A stretch of DNA of 62,722 nt, the filler included, from Choristocarpus tenellus KU-1152 (taxonomy: Eukaryota; Protista; Phaeophyceae): assembly GCA_964200185.2 (NCBI GenBank). It is 11 parts of 11 records of this genome, joined end to end, with 100 filler letters (N's around TTAATTAATTAA, not from the genome) between each part and the next. Parts side by side here need not be neighbours in the genome. Positions count along the whole stretch, not along the records: positions 50,569 to 54,463 come from CAXNAD020017294.1; positions 54,564 to 62,722 come from CAXNAD020005063.1; 9 more parts are not named here. The stretch is one strand, 5' to 3'. The notes under the pieces are model-generated. The model made no database searches. It worked only from the letters and a program-made list of their open reading frames with translations, and was not told the DNA's origin. Each line of letters starts with the position of its first letter. Positions within the stretch are counted from its first letter, which is position 1. The translations under genes and the position numbers were made by a program. Shown here one piece after another: positions 53,571-62,722 of the stretch.

Positions 53571-54075
53571 GCGATGTCCATGTTATCTGCGCAGAGGAAA
53601 GAAGTAAGTGCTGAAGTTGTAGGTGGTGATATCCAGGCCACCTTCTTACATGAACAAAGAAAGTTCTGGCGTGGAGTCGAGTTGTGGGCAGTGGTGATCA
53701 TGTCGCCTTCGTACACAGATATCAAGTGCTGGGTTGGAGTAGAGTTGTTGGCAGCGATGTCCGTGTCATCTGGGAACACGAACGAAACAAGAGGTGGGGT
53801 TGTAGATAGTGATGTCCATGTCATCTGCATACACGAACGAAGTAGTGTTGAGGTTGTTGTGAGTGATGTCCATGACGTCTGCATATATGAACGAAGCTGC
53901 TTTATGGTTACAAGTAGTGATGTGCATAACGTCTGCATACACAATCGAAGTCAGTACTACTCTGCGGTTGTAAGTAGTCATGTCCATGACGTCTGCGTAC
54001 ACGAACGGCGTGAGACTGATGTTGTAAGTAGCGATGTCTATGACGTTGTGCGTACTCGAACAAAGTAAGCACAGC
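53571..54075. repeat. Diverged tandem array of ~9 units (54-64 bp) with a conserved ~34-bp core and variable spacers
   Basis: The core GTGATGTCCATGACGTCTGCATACACGAACGAAG recurs at about 53571, 53627, 53691, 53754, 53809, 53863, 53917, 53977 and 54031. Confidence 0.85.
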
Positions 54076-55119
54076 TTCCCTGGTGTTTTGCTCGTACAGA
54101 TCAGCAACACTTGTGTTGTGTGACAAGGGTGGGAGATAGGGTGATGGAGGGTTGTGGCTCCAGGCACAGAGGGGCTGTCAGTGGGCAGTGGTGGATTGCT
54201 GGGCGTTTGGACCTGAAGGTGGCCATGGGAATGTTGAGTTCGGTCGTGGTGGAGTGAGTTATGGGATTGCCCAGCATGGAAGCCAGAATGTTTGGGGTGA
54301 CAAAGAGGTGACGTGGTGCACTGGAATTGAACTGAAGTGGTGTTACTGGCGAATAGCGTGAGCGTTTCTTCTTGTATTTCAACAAAGTTTGAGCATTTGT
54401 TACACACGAATAGCGCGAGCATTTTCTCCTCATGTGTTAGGAAATACGAACATTTGTAACAGANNNNNNNNNNNNNNNNNNNNNNNNNNNNNNNNNNNNN
54501 NNNNNNNTTAATTAATTAANNNNNNNNNNNNNNNNNNNNNNNNNNNNNNNNNNNNNNNNNNNNCCCCTCGAATCAATAAAAGGTGCAGCATCTAGGGTTA
54601 GGGTGCAGTTGATGCGACAGTTAGAAATGTTTCAGTGGGTAAACATCAAGGTAGTGACATCAATGGAATCAATCATTCTTAAAGCGTTACAAAAACAAAA
54701 AAAAGTCAGCTACGACAAAAAGGGTCGATGTACTCATTTTATACAAATAGAAAAAACAAAATGTTACGTTGACCACAAACAGCAAACGAATGGAGGCGTG
54801 TGCTCAAAGAAAAAACAAAAACCTATCGAAGGTTACCCCTCAAATTAAAAAAAAAACAAAATTCCGGTTACAATCCGACTGAAATCGCATCAGTCCAATC
54901 AAATCCATGATTCGCAACAGCAACAGCAACAGTACCTATCACATTTCAACCATCCCTTCAACCATCCAAGAACAGGATCCCGAATCAAAGATTTATCGGG
55001 GCACACCATACCTTGACCTACATATTTCCTGACTTTTAAGGAGTGACCACAACTAGAATCAGTCAACCTTTCCCAGCTCCTCACAAGGACACCACCAACA
55101 CAGTCGCACTAAGAATCAC

Positions 55120-58100
55120 CTCAGATGACTTGTATCCACATGCTTCACAGTCAAAAGACATGATCAGGATCTCCTTGAAGTGGGGAATATTAGTGGAGCA
55201 CATCAGCGAAACGCCGGGCATCCGGCAGGCTGGACAATTCTCCTCAAATCGCAACGCCTCTCTCCGCATGAAATCCACATCTCCCCTTTGCCCCCCCTAC
55301 CCTCCCCCCCCCCCCCCCCAAACTCCGCCCCCACCCCCCCCCCCCCCACCCCACCAACCACCCACCCANNNNNNNNNCCCCAACATATCCACATCCATCA
55401 TGAACCCAATCCAAACCACAAATGAAGAGGGATTATAGATTAGTATCATGCTGCGGCTTTTGCTAATACATGCAAATAATACTAAGTACTAGCACATTTC
55501 TAAAATATAGCTGGGTGAACTCATGTAACTGAATATGACCACCCCCCTTGAATTGAAAAATCTGTCTGTGCACATATCCCTGCTACACCCCCCTTGAATA
55601 GAATGAAATCCACCCCTAACTCTAACAGCGACCATCTCAGCCCTCCCTAACTAATCCTCCACCTTGCGTGTACCACTCAGAGAGAGTCGTTGTCAAGGAT
55701 GCATCTCAGGAGTTTCTCACAATCAGGCGTTATCATCGCTACGTCACTTCAGTACCAGTGCAGCAAACAGAATCGTAAGGGTTAGGGTTAGCCTCTTCAC
55801 TGTCCTTGACTAAGTAAGAAGAACATCAAAAAGGGGTTGGTAAGAAATACCCTTTGGACAGGGGAGGCAATGACGTCACAAGTAATGTGGATGCAGTAGC
55901 AGCGATAAGAGGCTAGAGGGCACAACTTTTTTTTTTTTTTTCAGACTGGACCGTGAAGAATAAGTTTTTCTTTCAAAAACCTACTTACTTCATCATGGAA
56001 ATATCACCCAAACAAACGCCACAGATTTCTCTACAAATCCAATGATAGGCCCAACAAGAAAACTGACTCAACCCCCCCAAAACACAAGAGCACAGCAAGA
56101 AAAAAATAAATCCCCCTAGAACGTCTCAAATAGAGTTGCCAACAAGGACGGAGAGTGACCTCATCCCCCACACACTCACCCCCAACAGCATACCAAATCT
56201 CAAACGCCCGGATCGCTAAAGACGACAATTAACGACGACGCACATACTCTCGTAGCGAGTGCGGCATCACATTCACCTACACCCCAATGCACTCCTTTTC
56301 ACTCCCATCACATTCACCTGCACCCCAATGCACTCCTTTACACTCCTTCCTTTTCACTCCATCAAATAACAATCACATTCAGAACCTTTGAACAAAAAAC
56401 AAGGGCAAAGTGAGAACAATAAACCGACCAGATGGATGGCAATAGATGGCAAACAGAGAGCACCTTAAAGCATCCATAACGTGTAACCACATCCAAATGA
56501 CACCTTAAAGCATACACGACACTCCCGCGGAGACTCCTCACCACCACCTTGCTCCCTCTCTGAGTATCCATTCAAGGGCTATACCCAACCCATCACTAGA
56601 GCCAAGGGCTAGTTGATTGACAGTGCTCGACATGCTTCACACTCACCTCTCTTGCCACCTCACCACCCCCCTCCCCCCGAACAAGCCCAGCCAGGGCCAT
56701 CGCCCCCTCCATGAGCTTGGGAGTAGCTCTAGCCTTTGTCTCATCCACAATAACCCCGCTATCCCTGGCATCTTCCGACGGCTGCAGTCCGAGTAGCATA
56801 TCCTCTTTCGCAGATCGCAGGTAGTGGGTAACCTGCTCATTTTATTTTTAATTTTATTTACATATATTTATTCACATATATATAAATAAAGTGTATAATT
56901 TTTTTTCATGTACCACCGAGAGTGGCACGACACAATTAAAAAAATAAAAGTACACTTTTCGAATCGCGCGTTTGGTGGCATTGGATGGCCTTTCCCAGAT
57001 TAGGGTTAGGGTTACGGAGTTGAATCGTTCGGGTTCTTGCTTAAGTGAAGGGAGTGTGGCATGGTGATGATTGGTGGGACTGATCGAGGCAAGGATTATG
57101 AACCAGGGACAGCTTGGAAGTACCCTCTCATATTGCTGTGAGAAGGTCGTCTGGAGAGAGGGGTTCTAGGCTAGGAGCCTAATACTGCAGCGGTATTATA
57201 GACTTCAACTTGAAGGTAAGAATAGGTATCACACATCGAGCAACGTGTCAGGAGGAAAAAATCCACCTCGACCAAACACAGAGCCTAAAGCCCACACCAT
57301 CCCCCCCCGCACAACACAGCGTTGCAAGGTGGTCTTTAGAAAAAGAAAAGAAAAATCTACCATACAAAACCATACAACACCCTCATGTATCTACCATCAA
57401 CCACTCGAGCAGTAACAGATACAGATACAGAAGAGGATACACACAACACCCCATTCCCCTACCAACCTACACACAAAGCCCCGATCCCCCCATCCCAACC
57501 CTGCCCCTGCCCCAACGACATCAACCTCACGCCACCTACAGTGAGAGCCGGGTCCCTATTTGGTGCAGATGGGTTCTCCACGTAGGAGTTTCCAGAGGGA
57601 TCGTCCACAATCAGGACGAAAGGAAGGTACGCCGAAAGGCCAGCGCCCATTCCCGCCAGCGCAGCAATCACCTGGGCAACCCTGGCACCCACCTGTGTGT
57701 TTCGACAGAGAGTTGTGACTGTAGAGTTGTGACTGTGACCGGATAAGAATCTACGCAGGGCCTCGGGGCTTCGGGGCAGCACAAAAAAAAGAATAACCCC
57801 CCCCCCCCCCCCCCCCCCCCACTCCAGAAGATAGTGTGAGGTGCTCTGGTGTGAGCCATACGCCAATAGAGCCGTCGCACTACACAAATAAAAAAATAAT
57901 ATTATGGGTGCCGTTTTCGGGCTTCTGGGGTTATAGCTTACATACTTAGTCGATTTGCACAATACAGCAGGTGTAAGAGCGAGACAGTGAATATCTATCC
58001 TGTCAGTGTGTCTTAACTAACTAACTTAGATTATAGCTTACAGCGTGCTGCCGCCGTGCATCGATTGACTCAAACCCTGACCCTAACCCTGGCCCATTCC

Positions 58101-60004
58101 TTGGGCGCCAACTCACGAGCAACGCCTCTGCGTAACCGTTTTTCCGACACTGACTATCCGCTACGGAAAACTTGTTCGCACGACTTTATCGTGGTGCCAG
58201 TTCAGCAAATGCTGACACACAACAACAACGAAAAGAAGCTCTGTGTGTGTGGGGGGGGGGGGGACAACCGAGGGCGATAGGTACCTCAGCGTGTCCGGTC
58301 GATGTTGATAATCAAGAGGGCAAAACAGTGGAGCAAGGTTGGATTTAGCTTGTTACCAGGTTTGTGCAGAACAAAAGGAGATAGAAATGAGACTGAGTGA
58401 GCGAACAGCGCTCTGTTGGGCACCAGAACCAATAGAACCAATACTAAAAGTGACCACAAGAGGGGACCAAGGACGAACTTGGTCAAGGTCTCTCTGTCTG
58501 AACATTGGACAGACTCCCTTGTTCATATCAACTGCACTCTCCACAACACGCACCTATCTATGCAACATACATGAATGTACTGTAGACAGCAAGTACAGAC
58601 ATGTAAGTGCCATCTTTTTGATTGCCACTCTTCCCAGACAAAGCCTCAGGAACAGTTCGAACGTGAGCCCCCCGGGCATTGTTATTGGGAGAGGTTCAAA
58701 AGTGGATGCTACGAATCTTCTAGTTCTTATGTGATAGTGAACAGCCAAAACAACTTGTACTTGAACACATGTTCGTGTGACACCCATATTTCACTTATTC
58801 AGATGCAGGCGATTTTGCCACTGTATAGTAGAAGAATTCGACATTCTTGATAAAAACCTCTTGCCATCACAAGTTGTAAAAAATAAAAACGAAAAGCGCC
58901 TCATGCACTTGTCGGACGGGTGGGGAACTTTGTGAAACATACGTGTCGTATGCTGTGCGGTTTCAACCAAGAATTTAGGCCAAGAGAACTATTCAAACCA
59001 ATAGAGTAATGCAAAAAAGCAGCGTGGAATCCTCATGAACTTTCTTTTCCCATGCTCAGATAATCTAAATTTCTACATGATCTTGCAGTAAACGTGTGAC
59101 ACCCACCGTCAACCTCTCCCCGCACATGACATACGTGACACACCTCTGGGGTTTTCTCCATACGCTCCGCCTGCACCTGACCTAATCGCTCCACAGAAGT
59201 GCTTAGCATACCTTCCACAGTTGTTATCTCCCCACGCTGACTTTTTGACGGAATTTCAAACTCCACACTAGGGAAGAACACCGAGGCATAGTCAGACTTG
59301 ATCACCTGCCTACAAAGAAGGCACCAGCACACAAGAAGAAATGAAATAAGGGTTTAGACAAGAGAAATGAGGGGGTGCATTAGCCACTTTGTGTATTCAG
59401 TGATATTTCACGCAGAGCAAAATAAGGTTCACCTATTGAGGTCCTCGGCGGTTTCAACCTTCAGCTCGAAGCGGCAACCCTTTTCCTGAAGTTCTCCTCC
59501 AAACACCACCTTGCAAGAACAGGGGAAGCGTAATAGGGTTTGGGCACAAAAGGGCGAAAAGGAACAGGACTTAGAACGACCATCGGCTAACGCGCTATGA
59601 ATAGATTTGGAACGTGGGGGAAACGAGAAGTTGTCCTTGCGCCTTGAACCTTGCAATCTAGTGTTGACTGGAAAAAATGTAACATCAAGTAGGCCTGGAC
59701 GTGGGAGGTATGGGAAACGAACCTCGTTATTCCTCCAAGAGCATTCATCGCATTCGAAGGAGCTAAGAATGATCTCTCGAAAAAAAGGGATCTTGGTCAT
59801 GAGCATGCGAGTTGTGCCTTGGCCACCGCAGGCCATACACAGCGACGAGTTGATCTCACTCAGACCAAGGTCCTCCCCATTTCCTCCACTATCTGCACCC
59901 TCCGCAGCCTCCCCAATCGTAGGGACATGGAAATGGCTACCTTGGACCGCATCAATGACCCCCGGTTTGTTGGATGTGGGTACGTCCTCATCCTGTGCAG
60001 CCAT
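55120..60004 (-). CDS. ZPR1: Zinc finger protein ZPR1, 3' truncated; exons 60004-59723, 59509-59433, 59309-59144, 57692-57540, 56832-56647, ~55296-55120
   Basis: ZnF1 CMAC...[49 protein letters not shown], and ZnF2 CPAC...[23 protein letters not shown]. Exon phases are consistent; the last acceptor is uncertain. Confidence 0.93.
58400..58930 (-). mobile_element. PIF/Harbinger nuclease remnant in ZPR1 intron 3
   Basis: The remnants FP..., DG, VQVQVV..RRF, PGG.H and [12 protein letters not shown] occur in order (cf. IDG, NVQAVCD..F, PGS.HD, R.VVE.AFG.LK). Confidence 0.45.
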
Positions 60005-60391
60005 TTCAGGAGATAGAGTGTGGTAGGTGTTGGATAACGGGGAAATGTATCCAAAACCTTGAAGGCGTTTGGAACATTTCCTTACAAAACAACCATTTAT
60101 CCTCACATATTTTATCACAAAACTTGGAGTGAATGTATCGCTCACTAGTCACTATGTCCCTAACTACATACAGTCCAATGAACTATTCTAGAACCATATG
60201 ACGTACTTCTACACCCCACAACAATACAATTCCACAATGTAGGATACTTCCCACGACGTAAACTCTGTCTATTCTAATAATAATTGTATTGTACATCAAC
60301 AAAAAAACGCAAATATGTGAGGACGCGCGGAACACACGTTTTTTATCCCAACACATCAGTGTAAAGTCTAGATTAAGCCCTCAATCTCACG
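60005..60391. promoter_or_regulatory. Putative bidirectional promoter, ZPR1 / AP2-like gene
   Basis: 387 bp separate the divergent start codons. Confidence 0.5.
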
Positions 60392-62332
60392 ATGGCACTG
60401 GTGGAGACGGGAAGTGCAATGGAGGATGTGATGATATTGAGCGGGCGATGTTTTCCTGAGACATGCGGTGGTGAGAGACGTCAGTTCCGTGTTCGGGTGG
60501 TTGCACCTTGCGTTCTCCCAGACCCTGAAGACGTGGATGATTTGAGTTCTGATGGGTCAGTCAGCCTGGATGGGGACCCAGTTGTTGAAGATGCTCTAGA
60601 CACACTGGTTGCTCCTCCCGGTGCTGGCTCTCCCATTTCAAATACTCTAAGATCTCCTTCTTTGTCATCTTTCGAAGACGAGGAATCAACTATACATGAC
60701 GATGACGAGAGTGACTCGGCATATGGCAGCCCTTGTGAACATTCCTCAAACCAAGGGAGTAGCGACGATGAGGACATCGGAGACTATGTTTCAGACAAAC
60801 TCCCTCCCGCTTGTGGTCAATTTCACAAGGATAGGCCTTTCTACAAGGGAGGAATGTGCAGGGAATGCTTCTTGACCCACAAAAGGCAACGCCTCATAGC
60901 TGCTGATACGGCCAACAAGTGGAGAGGGGTGGGGGTAGGGAACATCTTGAAGAAAGCCAGAGATCGAGCCAGTAACAGTACTAGAGGTAGCGAGCATGAT
61001 AGCAGCGACGAGATTGAGGGGGATGAGGCATTGGGTGAAGTGGACGCCGACAAATTCACTGTGGTGAATGCTAAGAAGAAGACAAGGATCAAATCAAAGA
61101 AAAAGATAACTTCGGATGAAATGTCACGTCCCGAGCCCACTCCAGCTGGACCTAAGATCCAAAAAAGATTAGTCAGAAAGAACGGAGGTAAGACTTATGT
61201 TGGTAGCCTAGAAACGACCAACATTTCCAGACTGCCTGGAGTGGGTAGTGATGGCCTTGGCACAACCCAACAAGGACAGCAGGATGTGGGGGAAACAGGG
61301 AAGAGAGTCGGAAGATCACCCATAAAAAAAACTGAGACAAAGGTGATAGAGAAATCGCGAGGCATAACAGAGAATTCATTGCGGGAAAAGGCTGAGAGGG
61401 TTAAGGCCACAGCCATACAGAAGGACCTAGCCTGCAAGAGAACCCAAAAGGAGGTTCCTGAAACCAAAGGTCTCGAGAGTGCAAATTCTAGTTCGAAGGA
61501 TTTTATGATTCCCAAGAAGAAGAAATCTGTCTCTACAGGTGGTGTGTCGCTGAGCATTCACTCTGTTAGTAAGGAGGTCAAGGAGAGGAAAAATAAATCA
61601 CATCATCAATCGACTAGGAAGTTTGCCAAGGTCGCCAACTACACCTATGGGGTTGTTCGAGAGATTAGAGATGACGACATACCTGGCAAATATTATGTTC
61701 GAATCCAGAAGAAGATTCAGGATGGTCCATTCGGCACGTAAGGGACATGAATATATGTAGACCTTGAATTTAGTTCTAAGGTTGTAATGTTGTTGAATTT
61801 CCAATAAATGTTTTTGGGTCAAGAGTTCGAGAGACTTGATTGATGAATTGAGAGTTTGTCATTGTATGATACCCCAATCCCTATCAGTTCTCCCTGTTTT
61901 GGAGCTTAGAACACTTAGCAACATTAAGTTTACCTCTGTGGCACAGCACTCTGTTATTACCTTCCTTTGTCTCATTGATATCATTCGAAATCTATCTGGT
62001 TGCATCTGTATTGTTGTGTTTTCCAATTCCAGGTATGCTGTAAGCACTAGCTGGTGCTGTTCTGTGCTGCACCTGATACAACTTCCAGGCATTCCATAGG
62101 TTTAGCGTAACAGTGTTGATCAGATGCTGCCCCTAAATGCTGGCCCCAGAAAGGAGGCTGGGAATTGGACTGTGCTGATTCTGAATCTTTTCCTTTGTCA
62201 AGCATGATCCTTCCTGGACGTCTTAGACCTCACAGCTGTGGTGCATTTCCCATTTCTTTTTTGTGCTTGCAGTGCGATGGAGGCAGCCAAAAGGCATGAT
62301 GAGCTGGCCATGTATGGCGGCGGCAAGTATGG
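60392..62332 (+). CDS. AP2-like DNA-binding domain protein with a long acidic/basic disordered N-terminus; exons 60392-61737 and 62273-62332; 3' end not identified
   Basis: The splice AC|GTAAGG...GCAG|T joins YGVV..GKYYVRIQKKIQDGPFG-T-AMEAAKRHDELAMYGG, matching AP2 Y.GV...W.A.I....LG.F.T..EAA.AYD.AA. The protein also carries the NLS-like PKKKK and the Cys/His motif CGQFHKDRPFYKGGMCRECF. Confidence 0.7.
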
Positions 62333-62722
62333 GTGAGTGGAAATATTCAATGGGATTACTCAGTCAGCCTTTCTGTCATCTCTAAAAAATAGCAGTCAAC
62401 TTTACACTTCAGCAAATTGAATGGGATCCATGGCCTACATGGTTGAAAATTCCCAACATTGATGTTGCTGAGCAATAAATGAATACCAGGAAACCCCTTT
62501 GTCACCTACAGGTTTGATTTTGAGCACACTGGCATTTTGGGCATGTTGTCTTGAACAAGGCGTTATGAATATAAATTAGTTAAGTCGTGCAGGTTGTATT
62601 GCTCTTGGGCAGGGGTGGTCTTTCTAGGAATTCATGGGTGTTTGTGCTTTAAGATTCTAGACTTTGTTGCCACCTCTAATTGACTCAAAGTATCTGGGAG
62701 GGGGTGGCGGCTGTCCATTTGG

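Noticed and set aside
53571-54075. CRISPR array
   Set aside because: The context is eukaryotic, there are no cas genes, the repeats are far from identical, and the spacers share a 3' motif. Reported as a tandem array instead.
4770-54563. Ten regularly recurring TTAATTAATTAA palindromes
   Set aside because: Each is centred in a 100-nt N block. This is an artificial six-frame-stop linker, not biology, and adjacency across the linkers is not guaranteed.
56268-56362. ~41-bp tandem duplication in a ZPR1 intron; also short microsatellites at ~10498, 44220 and 52932
   Set aside because: Ordinary slippage repeats.

Overview
Eukaryotic, intron-rich, repeat-rich genomic DNA from a photosynthetic stramenopile, most consistent with a brown alga. 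The evidence is a fucoxanthin-chlorophyll LHC with an ASAF bipartite targeting peptide, many short exons in long introns, and TTAGGG-type repeats. The window consists of 11 contigs joined by artificial 100-nt linkers (44N-TTAATTAATTAA-44N). Host genes assembled by hand from splice sites are: a DUF6492/GT-A-like glycosyltransferase (partial, -); a 3-exon LHC (probably Lhcz/Lhcr type, -) head-to-head with a PIG-F-like gene (+, 3' truncated); a decayed ferric-reductase/NOX-like membrane protein gene (+); a 13-exon kinesin-14 (-, 5' truncated, one GC-AG intron); and ZPR1 (-, 3' truncated) head-to-head with an AP2-domain gene (+). The rest is mostly transposon debris: two plant-type mariner elements with Stowaway-like CTCCCTC TIRs (one nested in a CRE/NeSL-like LINE and itself interrupted by a foldback element); Helitron, copia, RTE and Harbinger remnants; tRNA-headed SINEs; and two related MITE families with CAAAGTATCT ends. 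The most unusual item is an array of about nine 54-64 bp units at 53.6-54.1 kb, each with a conserved core and a variable spacer, whose minus strand repeats an RT-catalytic-like FVYADDMDI peptide. All family assignments come from motif recognition by eye, not database searches.
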